This document shows, piece by piece, positions 1 to 12,429 of a stretch of DNA of 41,265 bases; position 1 is the stretch's first letter, and each line of letters opens with the position of its first letter. Source of the DNA: Balamuthia mandrillaris (Eukaryota). The stretch lies in the NCBI GenBank assembly GCA_031835245.2, contig JAVKOQ020000062.1, positions 186,001-227,265 of the forward strand, in the 5' to 3' direction. Under the pieces are notes generated by a model. It saw only the letters and a program-made list of their open reading frames with translations. It was not told where the DNA came from and made no database searches. The translations under genes and the position numbers were made by a program.

Positions 1-1718
1 AGAGGAAAAAGGAGACGTGGTAAGGTCATGCGAGTTGCAAACAAATCTACCGAATCCCAAAAGAGGCAGGTCGTTGCAGTAATGTTCTATAGCTATAGAA
101 TGAGAACATAAACGGCAAATATAACAGAACCAAAAAGAACAAACCTAAGTATTCGCTACAAGTGCCTATGTGCATAAACAGAGAAGGAACAAATGGAATC
201 ACGTTCAAAGGTTTGTCTTTAAGCAAATGGAACAAAGCCGATCGCAATGAATGTAACGTTGATGTAATTGTCACCACGTTTTTTGCTTTTTGCAGGTACT
301 CATCGTTTGCCATTGGACCTAATGGCTTAATCACAGAGGGGGAGAGTGTGTGTGTTGGTAAAATAAGAACAAAAGAAACCGAAAGGAGAAAAAAAAAGAG
401 CTACTAACTTGAAGAAAGTCGCCATATGCATCAATTTCACAGGTTATAGGTTCGTTTTCTTTGTAGAACTATAACAAAGAAACGACAAGAAAGAATGAAA
501 CAGCGCGAGACAACAAGAAAGAAAAGGAAGAAAGGAAGCAAGAAACGACAAGAAAGAATGAAACAGCACGAGACGACAAGAAAGAAAAGAACATATGGTA
601 AGAAATCAAGGAAGATAGAAATGTGAGGAAAGAAGTTTCACAAAATACCCTCAGTAACGTTTTTGCCATCTCTCTGTCAAAAAAGAAGTTGCTATCAACA
701 AATATCTGTGTAATGTGTTTTGAGTTGTTGTTGTATTGCAAATTGAAAGGAGAGAGTAAGAGAGAAAGAGAGGCGTAGCCTACGTGTGGTAGTTTGTTTT
801 TTGAACCGGTGATTATGGCACCTGCGTTTTCCATTTCTTCTATAGATGGCTTATGAAGAAATCTGGAACACCCACATTGAAACGATCCATCTCCTTCACC
901 TTCTTGCTCAGGTGATACTTCTTCCAGCACGAACACTCCATGATTGAGTCCTATCTCGGGAGAAGCTGGGTGTGCCATGCTGGTAAAACCTTCGCGCTGA
1001 AAGCTGGAACCTAGTGCATTGTATAGAGTGTTGAGAAGAAAGAAGGCTAACAGAAGAGATTTCAAAAATAGAAGAAGAAGAAGAAGAAGAAGAAGAAGAA
1101 GAAGAAGAACAAGAAGAAGAACAAGAAGAAGAAGAAGAAGAACAAGAAGAAGAAGAAGAAGAAGAAGAAGAAGAAGAAGAAGAAGAAGAAGAAGAAGAAG
1201 AAGAAGAAGAAGAAGAAGAAGAAGAACAAGAAGAAGAAGAAGAAGAACGAAGAAGAAGAAGAAGAAGAAGAAGAAGAAGAAGAAGAAGAAGAACAAGAAG
1301 AAGAAGAAGAAGAACGAAGAAGAACAACAAGAAGAAGAAGAAGAAGAAGAAGAAGAAGAAGAAGAAGAAGAAGAAGGTGTCGCTACGAGCAAACGACTAG
1401 AAGGAAATACAAACGTTCAGAGTCAAACAACTCAATGTCATCAGCGCAGGAGATGAATACACCAGCATTCATACGCTTGGGAAAATCGATCAGCAAAATA
1501 AGTTTCAACTCCAGCATCGTGCAAGCTTCCGCTTGCGCTTGATGATGTGCCAAAGGCACAGTAGCAAAGATCTTTCCGGTAGCACTGTGGTTGGGTAGTC
1601 TAGTACTGTATCCTCCCGCATGAATGAGTAACACCTTGCCTGTGTTTATTTGATGAGAAATAGAACTTCAGAACGAGAAGCCAGAGAACGAGAGAAACGC
1701 ACGTAGAAAGGAACAAAT

Positions 1719-1769
<51 letters not shown>

Positions 1770-2303
1770 GGGAGAGTACTAGGAGCGAACATGTATCCAT
1801 GCAATGCGAGCCATACGTTTGTTCCAGAAAGTCCAGCACAAAGAGGGTTGATCCGCCACAGCCGATCTTCGGACCGGTTGGGTCAGCCACTACATGATAA
1901 CTTGCGTCATCGTTTTTGTTGTTGTTAAAGTTTTTACAGCGTAGAGTTGAGCGACCTTTGCAAAACAATAACAGAAAAAGACATGATGAAATCGTACTCG
2001 CAACAAAGAGGAATGCTTTTTCTTATCTTCCTCAGTTGAAGCTGTTGTTGGTAGTAGTTTCTTTGCTCTTCGTCCGCTGCTGTGACAACAATAACATCCC
2101 AAAAATCTGGTAAAAAAAAAATTAATAATCTGATCGATCCCCAAAAAGAACAGATTTAGGTTTTTTTTACCGGATCTTCGTTCTTCCTCTGATAGAAGAA
2201 CATCCATAAACGCATTCACCTTTCGGTGGTGCACATCGACGTAGTGGGAGACCTCCTCTCCCGTCAACCTCTCAGCCAGAGACCACCCGCCTCCGGCATT
2301 CAT
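1..2303 (-). CDS. FPGT: Fucose-1-phosphate guanylyltransferase (GDP-fucose pyrophosphorylase), multi-exon, 3' end outside window
   Basis: Spliced exons read DFWDVIVVTAADEEQ...YHVVADPTGPKIGCGGST...LLIHAGGYSTRLPNHSATGKIF...MLELKL...CADDIELF...FLHKPS...CEIDAYGDFLQ...HIGT, collinear with FPGT family motifs; GT-AG introns. Confidence 0.9.
1070..1376. repeat. (GAA)n microsatellite, ~300 bp, intronic (TTC on FPGT sense strand)
   Basis: Directly visible, with occasional GAAC interruptions. Confidence 0.95.
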
Positions 2304-2633
2304 CTTCTCTGCTGTTTCAATGATTCAATCCTCCAATGCGAAATCATACAGCAAAGATACTATGATCTATAGATAACAAAAATAATCAAAGCGCTAATCC
2401 AAAATCAGAAACGCTCCAAAGATCTGAAAGAAAGAAAAACAAAGTAAGAAGCAGAACAACAAAGACAAACTTCTTATGGGTACTCCAAACTCGGTTTGTT
2501 CTTTATTTCAAAAGCTAAACTAAACAAAAGCGTTTATGAACCTGTCCCTCAAACTTTGATTGTGTTCGTCTAAAATGTGAGGAAACGGTCAAACGCTCCC
2601 AAAACAAAAAAAAAAAAGAGTTTCGCTTGTGTT

Positions 2634-4883
2634 TCAGGAATTGACGGCGGTCATCATGAATGGAGACCGCCCGAGCCCATGTTGGTGGTGTTGAGAGTGA
2701 GGAGTGACCACTCGCACAAAGCTTGAGGTGGCCGACGGTTGTTGCATCAACGAAGCCCCCACCGGTGGTTGTGCGGCGGTGGAGGATGATGACGAAGGAG
2801 CTGGAATAGAAAAGAAAGGAGCAGAGGAAACTCTGTTACTCGGCGCGTTGGGAGTGTTGGAAGGCGAAGGGCTCATATAGAAAGAGTGAGGAGCAGAAGG
2901 AGAAGCGGAGCGGTGAGGAGGCGGCGAGAACAGAGGGGAGGAAGAGGGAGCAGCAGTAGTCGTAGTGGCAACAATTCTTCCTCCACCAATAGCTGCACTC
3001 ATCAAGGGAGACGCCGAAGGGGATGACGAGGAAACAACACCGAGATCCGTTCTTGTGGTAGGGTTGTTGTTTCCTGAAGAAGCAGCAGCAAGGTTCTTTT
3101 GTTGTTGAGGTTGTTGTTGCTGTTGTTGTGGTTGTTGTTGTTCCGCTTCCAAACGCCTCTTTCGAAGTTTGGCGTAGCGAAGGCCGCAGGCGTTGCAAAG
3201 GGTACGAGGGCCATGCGGACCTCTCCTCCACTCTGGCGTTTGGGAGGTGCCGCACTCCATGCACAACGCAGGAGGCTTCTTCCTCTTCTTTCCTCGAGTG
3301 GAACCACCGCTGCTGCTGCTCGAGCTTGGGGCGGTCTTTTTTGTGGTTGTGGTGGTTTTGTTTTGGTTGTTGCTGCTGTTGTTATCGTTCTCTCGAGGAG
3401 AAAGTGAAGGAGATGATGACAAAGAAGAAGAGGAAGAGTTATCATCGACGCTTCGAGGGGACAAGCCTTCGTCTTCCGAAGAGGATGACGAAGAAGCAGA
3501 AGGGGCCAGAGAAGAAGAAGGGGAAGAAGGTCCATCAGAAGGAGCATGGAAGGTCAGATCAGGGTTGAAAGGAGAGGAGGCGGTGGAGGAGGAACGGCCT
3601 GGCGAAGTAGGGGGAGAAAGGGAACTAGGAACAGCAAGAGAGGTAAACGTGGATGACGACGAAGAGAGAATGATGGTCGGCTTCTTAAGGGTGGAAGAGG
3701 TCGAGGCGGCGGACGACGCTGAGGAAGCTGAACAGGCGGCAGAACTCGATGAAGCGGAAAAGAGGTCGCCCAACAAGTCCAGCCCTGCGAAAGAGACAAC
3801 CTCGTCGGTGGAGACCATGCCTGCTCCACCATCGTGGTGTGTGTCGGGGAGAGAGCACGCCCTTCCCTCCTTCTTCCCGGAGGAGCAGCCGAGCAGCTCC
3901 AAGCTAGCCTCCAGGGCATTGGCCACGTAAGGGCGCTGAAGGTGAGGATGAGGGTGCGGCGTTGGAGGGTATTGTGGAGGATAATAGGCTGGGAAAGAAG
4001 CAGGCTGGCTATGAGGATGGAGATGATAGATGGCAGGAGCTGCGGAGGGGTGAGGACGATGATGAGGGGAAAGGGAAGGATGAGGATGATGAGGGGCGGA
4101 AAGGGAAGGGTGAGGATGAGGGTGAGGCTGCGGCGCAGGAGGTTGCTGGCAGTAACGCTCGCAGAGAGGAGGAGGAGGAGGAGGAGGAGAATAAAAGCTG
4201 GAAGGAGCGGCGGACTCGGGATAGGAGGGAGAAGCAGCAGGCAAGGGGGAAGAGGAGGGGCCGCAGCAGAAGGAAGGGAAAGGGGAGACGCAGTCGTAGG
4301 AGCCGAAAGGTTGGTAAAAGTGGTCGGACGGGGCATAGGACAGAGAGGAAGAACGGGAATGGGAAGGAGAAGAAGAGCAATAGAGGTCGGAAGGAGCAAA
4401 GGAAATAGAAGAAGAACGAGAATGAGAAGCAGAAGAAGAGGAGGAGGAAGAAGAAGCAGAAAGCGACGTCGCTTGGTCACCGGCGTCCAGGTTAAGAAAG
4501 TCGAAAGAGGCTTCCTCCAGGAAATCCAAGTCTAGGGGCGCTTTATCGTGCTGTTGATGGAAACGGTGATGCGGAGGCTGAGAATGAACACCTTCCTCCG
4601 TCATTATCATCATGAGCATGGACGTCGTTGGTGTAGTGCGTCCGTCAAAGTCCCATAGGTCGTCGCTAGCTCCTTCTCCCGATGGAAAGGAAAAGGAGGA
4701 AGAAGCCGAAGTAGAGGAAGAGGAAGCTGAGGAAGAGAAAGAGAGAGGAGAGAACGAAGATGAGTCGCTGTTGTTGTGGCTGTTATTATTGTTGTTGCTA
4801 GTTGCTAGCTCTGCTGCAGAAGTTGCTCCGTTGACGAATGGCAACGGAGGCAATGGCAGAGGCTTGTAAAAGTCTCGAAGCAT
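2634..4883 (-). CDS. GATA zinc-finger transcription factor (single C-X2-C-X18-C-X2-C finger), intronless, S/P/Q-rich
   Basis: 749-aa ORF with [37 protein letters not shown] and an upstream basic KKRKK. Confidence 0.92.
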   Translation of the reverse strand: MLRDFYKPLPLPPLPFVNGATSAAELATSNNNNNSHNNSDSSSFSPLSFSSSASSSSTSASSSFSFPSGEGASDDLWDFDGRTTPTTSMLMMIMTEEGVHSQPPHHRFHQQHDKAPLDLDFLEEASFDFLNLDAGDQATSLSASSSSSSSSASHSRSSSISFAPSDLYCSSSPSHSRSSSLSYAPSDHFYQPFGSYDCVSPFPSFCCGPSSSPLPAASPSYPESAAPSSFYSPPPPPPPLCERYCQQPPAPQPHPHPHPSLSAPHHPHPSLSPHHRPHPSAAPAIYHLHPHSQPASFPAYYPPQYPPTPHPHPHLQRPYVANALEASLELLGCSSGKKEGRACSLPDTHHDGGAGMVSTDEVVSFAGLDLLGDLFSASSSSAACSASSASSAASTSSTLKKPTIILSSSSSTFTSLAVPSSLSPPTSPGRSSSTASSPFNPDLTFHAPSDGPSSPSSSLAPSASSSSSSEDEGLSPRSVDDNSSSSSLSSSPSLSPRENDNNSSNNQNKTTTTTKKTAPSSSSSSGGSTRGKKRKKPPALCMECGTSQTPEWRRGPHGPRTLCNACGLRYAKLRKRRLEAEQQQPQQQQQQPQQQKNLAAASSGNNNPTTRTDLGVVSSSSPSASPLMSAAIGGGRIVATTTTAAPSSSPLFSPPPHRSASPSAPHSFYMSPSPSNTPNAPSNRVSSAPFFSIPAPSSSSSTAAQPPVGASLMQQPSATSSFVRVVTPHSQHHQHGLGRSPFMMTAVNS

Positions 4884-6545
4884 GCGCAGACCACGTTACA
4901 AACAACGCTCACCACGACGATCTTCTCTCCTCTTTGCTTGTTTTGTTGTTGTTGTTCGTGTTATTGCTGTTTTTTCTCTCTTTGATTAGTTTGTTGTTGT
5001 TGTCTCTTTCTTTCTCTTTCTCTCTGCTTCCTCTTCCTCTCCTCTTCGGCTTCTTCTCTTTTCTTCTGCTTCCTCTCTTTTTCTGCCCCTCCTTCCCTCT
5101 GCTTGTTGTGCTGAAGTTTTCTTTTCTCGGTTTGTTTGTTTGTTTGGTTTGAGTTGTTTATCTACTTGTTCCAATTCGAAGACGAATGTGCTTGCTTTCT
5201 TTCTGTGTTATTGCTTCTTCTTATTATTGGTTACTCGTTACTCGTTCTTCTTTCGTCGTTCGCTTCTGTTGAAAACCGAAAAGGCTCTGGCAAACCAAAC
5301 GTTGTTGCGTTCTCGTCGAAGGAGACGAAGCAGAAAGTGGTGATGGAAAAAGCCCAAAGAAATTCCAAAAAAAAAGCTCGTTTCCTCCAATGGAGCCTTC
5401 GTGAGCTTTTTTTTTCTTTCTTTCTTCTTTGTTGTTGCCTTGTTGGCGGCTTGCTTGAAGAAGTACAGAGGAATGAAGATGTGTCGATGTAATCCAAAAA
5501 AATAAAATAAAAATAAAATAAAAGGGAATAAAATAAAAACCGATGAAATCAGGTCAAATGAAAACAAAAAAAAAATTAAAAAAAGAGGCTTTCCACTCGT
5601 GAAGAAGAAGTTCTACTGTTTTTTAAACAAAACAAAGGTTGAATGTGCAGTTAGGAACTGGGCTGATTGTTGTGTTCCGTGAAGGTAACGGCAATAAAAA
5701 AAAATAATAATACGATGAAACAAAAATAAAATTAAAAAAAATCGAGTGCTCTGGTGTGGCTATTAATCTACTACGTAAGAGAAACAAGGGGGGGGATCTC
5801 CAAATATCTATTGTGTTTTTTTTTTTTTTTGGTGGGGGAGGGGGGTTACATATTGTTAGGTTGACGACATAAATAAACGAGAAAAAGGGGGAAACAGCAA
5901 AGAATTCAAACCTTCAAAAAATATCTCTCTCTCCTCGAATGAAGTAAGCTCTTTCTTTTACAATTTCAAAAAAAATCAAAAAATACAACTCTCTTATCTT
6001 ACTTTTTGAAAGATAACAAATTAAAACTCTTCTCTCTGTTGCTTGTTACTATGAGTACTTCGGGCTGGTGATTCCAAGAAGTTCTTCTAATCTTCGGGTT
6101 GCTTCTCTCTCTTGCTTGTGCGCTTGCTACAAAAATAAAAACCGTTCTTTCTCTTTTGTGCTACTCGAAAAAAAAAAAAGAATAAAACAAAAGAAGAGAA
6201 AAGAAACTCCACATTCTGCCCACCTAAAACCGCGCGGCATATTTTAGGAGGTAACGGGAGAAAAAATGTAGGGGGACAACACTTCCCGGAATCTCGGAAA
6301 AAGGAAAAGAAGGGGAAATGGAGCTTTCACCCGCCTCTCTTTATCTTACAGATAAGGCAATGTTTGATTAGATTAGAAACTCATTTACGCGGGATATAGA
6401 TCTATTTTTGAACAACGTTCCGCAATTTTAGTCCATTAATATCTGCACTAGATTACCGTCGACACGAATTACCGTCGACATCATGTGCATTATATATTTA
6501 CTGTCGACAACGCGAAAGAAGTGTAATGTTGCAACAGCAATAAAG

Positions 6546-7650
6546 ATGATGTCGCGAGAAGAAGAGTTCGTCCGCTCCGGTTCTTCTGCGGTTGCGGAGG
6601 AAGAAGTGGAGAAGGAAGAAGAACCATCCCAATCATCCGCTATAGACCAAACCTCTTTCTCCTTTCAAGACTCACGACAGAAAATGATGAGCTCTCTCCA
6701 GCTAGGAAAAGACGCTAGCTTAGACATGTCGCCCGAATGGGAGCGGTATAGCCGCAAAGAGGAACGAGAGGATATCAAACGGGTCCATCGGAATCTGCGC
6801 CAAAGCTTGTTCGAGGAGGAAGAGGAGCTTCGAAGGATAGAGGAAGAGACGCGAGCTATGGACTTGGAGATCAAGTTGTTAGAACAAAAATATGGTATGC
6901 TCTCTTCTCTTTTCACTCCCTTGCTTCTTGCCTCTCTCTCTCTCTCTCTCTCTCTCTGTTTCTCACCCAACCCTCTTTTTTTTTGTGCACAAAGGGTCTG
7001 CAACGGATGACGATGAAGACGATGACGCTGAAGAAGATAACGAAGGCAACGAAAGTGAAGACGACGAGGAAGAGGAGGGACAAGAAGAAACGGAAGAAGC
7101 TGCGCAAGAAAATGGCATGAAAATGGATGACAAAGAAGAGGAAGAGGAAGAGGAAGAAGAAACCGAAAAGGAAGAAAAACGAGAAGCAAACACAGACAGA
7201 GAAGAAGATGAAGCTCAAGCCCCGAAAGAACAAAAGAAAGAAGAAATAGAACGACTCCAATACAAGCTGCGAAAACTGAAACACAGACTGGAACAACAAG
7301 CGCGATGCAAGGAAACGCTGGAAGACGAGCTGGAGGCCGAAAAGCAGAAGAAAGAACAGGTTCAACAACAACTGAAACGAGCCTACAAGCAGTCAGAGCA
7401 AAGAGAGCTGGCGGCTCTTCGGGAGAATGAGGAGCTGAGGAGAGAGCTTCAAACGGAGCGACAAAAGTTTGCAGAAGAGATGAAGCGATTGCAGGAGCGG
7501 TTGGAGCAGTTGGGATTGGAGCGAGAAGAGCAGCAGCCTCGTCAAGAGGAACCCACCACTGCACCATGGAGGAGTCGAGTGGAGTTTATGGTGTTAGGTG
7601 CAGGAGCGGCTGTTGTGGGGACTGTTCTTTATCGATATTTGAGAAGATAA
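6546..7650 (+). CDS. Acidic coiled-coil protein with C-terminal tail anchor, 2 exons (6546-6894, 6995-7650)
   Basis: GTATGC...AAAG intron joins two ORFs in frame; E-rich and heptad segments; ends FMVLGAGAAVVGTVLYRYLRR (TM plus basic tail). Confidence 0.75.
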
Positions 7651-8000
7651 GCTTGTTGTTGTGTTTGTAGACTATAACTTTTGATCAAAAAAAAAAAAAA
7701 GGTGTAACCATCGCAACCAATCGAGAAGAGAGTTTCAAGCAATGGTTCCTCCCTTGCATGGGTTGGTTGGCAATCTGTTCATCGGAATAGCAAAAGGAGG
7801 GGAGGCAAGAAAAACAATAAAATGAAGAAAGAGAGGAATTGCGTTTGTTGGAGGGCAAATCTCTTTCTTTCTTCCACCCACAAGATGATAAAAAAGCAAA
7901 AGGAAGAGCAAACGAAACAACGAGAACAATTCAAACAGACAAGATGGAAAGAAAGAAAGCAATGCAGAGAAATCACCTCAAGGGCAAAAGAAGAAGAAAC

Positions 8001-8170
8001 AAAACCAAGGGTGGCACCAACGAGAATTGAACCCGCTTCCCTAATTAATTTCGTTCCTGAAAAAAACCAGAGTCACCGACAAGATTCGAACCCGCGCCCG
8101 TAATTAATTTCGTTTCGAAAAAAAACGGAGTCACCGACAAGATTCGAACCCGCATCTCAAATGAATTTCC
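8001..8170 (-). repeat. Three ~58-bp tandem units, each resembling a tRNA 3' half (B-box) followed by a T-run
   Basis: Minus strand: GCGGGTTCGAATCTTGTCGGTGACTC..TTTTTTT twice and GCGGGTTCAATTCTCGTTGGTGCCACC once. Confidence 0.7.
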
Positions 8171-8259
8171 CCTTCTGTCAACGAAATTTCGGCATCAACG
8201 GTTGAAAAACAAAAAATTCCACAAGAAGAGAAAAAGGGCCGAGTGGACTTGGTGGTGAA

Positions 8260-8698
8260 ATGAGTTGGCGAGAAGAGGGAGTGGTGCATGGGATAGGGTT
8301 GGGTGGTTTCTTGCTGCTGCTGCTGCTGCTGGTGGGCAGCACGGCTGCTGGTGAGCCGTTTAAAGCTGAGCCAAGGGTTCCTGTCCTGGGCGTTGCTTCG
8401 CTACCGAAAAACGTGACAGAGCTGATTCGTGGATATGGCTATGTATGTCGTTTCTCGAAGAAAGAAGATGAGACCGTCTTCTTTCTTCGTTCTTCTTCTT
8501 CTTCTATGTTGTTTAACACAATGAAAATGTATGTAGCCTTGTGAAGATTATGAGGTTCTCACTCCAGACGGTTACTTTTTGAGCATGCAACGCATTCCTT
8601 ATGGCCGCCACGCCAACGTTTGTCTCCTCAGTCTCTCTCTCTCTCTCACTCTCTTTCTTTTTCTCTTTCTCTCCCTCTCTCTCCCTCTCTCTCCCCCT

Positions 8699-8741
<43 letters not shown>

Positions 8742-9233
8742 GTTGTCGTTCTCTTTCTACTTGTTCTTTTCATTGTTCTTATGTTGACCTATCGCTGTTT
8801 TCTTTTGCTTTTGCTTTGACGAACAATAGCGAACGGGAAATAAAGGGGTTGTGTTCTTTCAACATGGGCTCACAGACAATGCCATCGGTGTTACGCTGAA
8901 TGGACCTGATGAGGCGCTGGCATTCATTCTGGCAGATAATGGTACATACCGTCTTGTTTCTTTTCTCTCCTTCTCTTCTTGCTCTCGTCTTGTTTTTCAT
9001 TCGTTCTCCATTCTTTTTTTGTTGTCATGCTGCTTGATTATTTCTTATGTTTGGTGGTACGTTTGGTGTTTGCCAGGATACGACGTATGGTTGGGCAATA
9101 ACAGAGGAAACGGATACAGCATGTCTAATACAAAGTATACCCCAGCTCAAGCTGCTTTTTGGGAGTTTAGGTACACTTCTCTTCTCTTTTCTCCTGCTTT
9201 TTTCACCTCTTTATATGTTGCTTCTTCATTTCG

Positions 9234-9264
<31 letters not shown>

Positions 9265-10490
9265 CTGGGCTCTCTCTTTTGCATTTCTACTTTCTGACAT
9301 TTGGGTGAAGCTTTGACGAAATGGGAACATACGACCTCCCAACGCAAATCAACTTTGCTCTGAACGTATCAAAAGCAAAAAAGTTGGCCTATATCGGACA
9401 TTCTGAGGTTTGCTCTAGCAGCGTATTATACAGCACTACCATCTTGTTCATTTGGTTTCTTTCGCACCAAAACACATAATAGGGAACCATACAAGCTTTT
9501 GCTGGATTCTCTAGTGACCAGGAGCTCGCCCAGAAGGTCACCATTTTCATTGCATTGGCTCCAGTTGCATATGTATATCACATCAAGTCTCCCATTCTAG
9601 TTCTTTTGGCTGAATTGGGTTCGTTTCTCTCCTCATCGTTCCCTTCTCTCTTCTTCGTTTCTTCTTCTTTTTGTGTTCTTTATCCTTTCTGTGTTCTTGC
9701 AAGGTTTCTTGTTCTTGTTTTCTCCTTCTGCTCATTTTTTCTTTATCATACAACAGACACAGACGAGATATTAGAGGCATTCGGAGATCACGAGTTCTAT
9801 CTCTCCGATGCCATTAAAAAGTTGATGCCAAATATTTGCACGTTTTATCCTCCTCTCTGTCATTATGTGGTTACTTTGCTGTCCGGTCCGTCCACCAATA
9901 TCAATATGTCGCGCGTGCCATACTACCTGAACTACGAGCCGAATCCTACTTCTGTCATCAATATGGCTCATTGGTTCGCTTCCTATCCTTGCACTCCTCA
10001 CCTGTTCTATTCTGCATTCTTCCTTGATTCTACTTTCTTCTCTGCTTCTTCGTTTCGTTTCATTTTTTTTCTGCCTTTCTTATTTTGCATTCGTTTCGGC
10101 TCTCCTATTATCATTCTTCTTATTCGCTTCTTTTCAAGGGCACAAATGATTCGCCATAACAAGTTCCAAAAGTTCGACTGGGGCAGGCTCGGCAACCTCC
10201 TCCACTACGGCCAACCCTTCCCTCCTTCTTACAACCTCTCCGCCCTGCTCCAACCTCCCATCGCCCTCTTTACCGGGAGCAACGACTATTTGGCCGACCC
10301 GGAGGACGTTCTTCGGCTCCTCTCGGAGCTGCCGAGGGAGACCCTGGTCGACTTTCACAACGAGCCGGACTATGCTCACCTGGACTTTATTCTGGGGATG
10401 GATGCCAGGACGCGCATCTTTCCCAAGGTGCTTGACCTGTTGAAGAAGTATGCCCCACCTCCTCCTTCTGTCTCCAAAAAAAATAAATAA
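8260..10490 (+). CDS. Lysosomal/gastric-type acid lipase (alpha/beta hydrolase) with signal peptide, multi-exon
   Basis: LTPDGYFLSMQRIP, FFQHGLTD, GYDVWLGNNRGN, YDLPTQI, YIGHSE|GT (nucleophile Ser, intron-split), NDYLADPEDV, YAHLDFILG. Confidence 0.92.
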
Positions 10491-10550
10491 AAGAAAAAAA
10501 AGCAAAAATAAATAAATAATAAAAATTTTCCTGGAAACAAAACAATATAG

Positions 10551-11601
10551 ATGCAGCAAGAAGAAGTGGAGGAAGCAAAAGAGCTCCTGATACCTCCTGT
10601 CGTGGTGGGAGTGGCCGGTGCTACTCGCAGCGGGAAAACCTCTCTTTGCAGAAGCTTGGCCGCTCATTTCCAGTCCCCGTGCCCTATTCTCAGCCAAGAT
10701 CATTTTGTGGTTCGATGTGTTCTTCTTCTTCTTCTTCTTCTTCTTCTTCTTCTTCTTCTTCTTCTTCTTCTTCTTCTTCTGCTATTCTTTTCTTAATAAA
10801 TTGCCTTTTACATGAACCAGACGTTTGCCCAGGTGGATAAACCAACAGGCTTTCGCAACTACGAAACGCCGCACAGCACAAACTGGAACCGTCTTCTCTC
10901 CACCCTTCAACAGCTCATTCAACAATTCACCATCACCATTTCTTCTTCTTCTTCTTCTTCTTTGCAACAACCTCGACCGCACTTTATATTTGTGGAGGGC
11001 TTTCTTCTCTTTCATCACCCGCAGCTGCTGGCTCTCCTGGACGTGAAGCTCTTTCTGCTGGTCTCCAGAAAAGTCTGCCTGGAGAGGAGGATGAGGACCA
11101 CCGCAGTGCCGCAGCGCTACTTTGACAAGCTCATCTGGCCCAACTACCTGAAGTACAACCACAGCTGTCGCCGGATGGAGGACGTGTTTGTGGTGGATGG
11201 GAGCTTGCCAGCCGAGAGAGTCTGCAAGGAGGCTGTCTCTTTTATTACAGGTTTGTTGCTTGTTGTGTTTGTTCTTCTTTTTCGTTTTCTCTTTCCATAC
11301 CAAGCGAAACAAACAAACAGGCAACAAAACAGAGGAAGAAAGAGCCAACAGCAGAAAGCTCTTGGTGGACGCATTCTCTGACTACGATAAGCACACCATT
11401 CGTCAGTTTTTTGTTCCTCAGGTTCGTTTTCCCTCTTGCTTTTGCTGTTGTTTTGCTTTCTTTCTTCCTTCGAGTGCTCAGCGACACAAAAAATACACAT
11501 AAAGGACAAAGGGACATGAACATGGTGGAGATAAGCTTGTAGGTAATGCTAACCAAGACGTCCACCGGTGTAACAAAGAGCGAGTGAAACTCACAGACTG
11601 A
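10551..11601 (+). CDS. P-loop nucleoside kinase, nicotinamide riboside/uridine kinase family, multi-exon (3' end uncertain: 11519 or 11601)
   Basis: VVGVAGATRSGKT, ILSQDHF, FIFVEGFLLF, CLERR...YFDKLIWPNY; (TTC)n intron ~10710-10820. Confidence 0.75.
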
Positions 11602-11634
11602 AAAAAAAAAAAGGAGTGAAGAGAAGTTCACTGT

Positions 11635-12133
11635 TTAATGGTGCAACCGTGCTTCTGCTTCGTTCAAATTCCTGACCAAGATCTCCGCCCTGTACTCTGC
11701 CTTTTGTTTGTAAGCTTTGGCCTTCTCTCTCTCCTCCGCCAAAGCTCTCTCCGTTTCGTTCAAGCTGCGCAACAAGATCTCGGTTCTGTATTCCGCTTTG
11801 CGCAGTTGTGCCGCTGCCTCGTCCCTCTCTTTCCTCAGCCCCTCCACTTCTGCTGTCGTGGAGGGGCGTGCCTTGGCGTCGCAGCCACGACGAACCGAAG
11901 TGGAAATGCTGTCTTGATAAATCACCGCCTCATCTTTTTTTTTTTAGAAACAGGTTTTGTTTTTTTTTAAAAAAAGAAAGAAAGAAAGAAAGAAATAGAG
12001 AAAGGGCTCACTCTAAACCTTGAGCTTGTTCCTCGTCCAACCGCTCCAACGCTTCGATGCGGTGCAACAGCGTTTGCAGTTGCTCTTCCGCCAGGAGAGC
12101 TCTCTTTTCGTACAAGCGGAGCTGCTCCTCCAT
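11635..12133 (-). CDS. Small coiled-coil protein, 2 exons, with a duplicated KAEYRxEILxRxLNExE motif
   Basis: Exon 1 MEEQLRLYEKRALLAEEQLQTLLHRIEALE; pyrimidine-rich intron ~11930-12018; exon 2 ORF to TAA at 11635. Confidence 0.65.
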
Positions 12134-12429
12134 GTTGTTGCCTTTTTTTCTCTTTTTGTGCCATTTAATCGTGTCGTCGCGAAACATAATATTTTCCCCA
12201 GTGACGTGGAATGTCGTGTCGTCCTGGTGTTTATTAGTCTCGTCGTCGCGTTGTATTGATTTTTTTCCTTGTACAGCCAAAGTTTGCTGTAAGCCTGCAA
12301 GGTAGACAAAACTTAGATACCACGTCACGCTATTCCGCTTTGTCTCAGCGGGAGCAAAGTACATGACTCCTCAATACTTATGTCCACCCTGCGGCGCTAC
12401 ACTTGCAGGCTGCGTAAACATTTGCGCCC

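Noticed and set aside
469..1456. Long poly-L/poly-R/poly-S ORFs
   Set aside because: Artefacts of the intronic (GAA)n repeat; only the embedded FPGT exons are real
2836..4869. Many ORFs overlapping or antisense to the GATA gene
   Set aside because: Shadow frames of low-complexity, stop-poor coding sequence
8001..8200. Complete tRNA gene or CRISPR array
   Set aside because: No 5' half or cloverleaf; inter-repeat segments are similar rather than unique spacers; no cas genes; eukaryotic context
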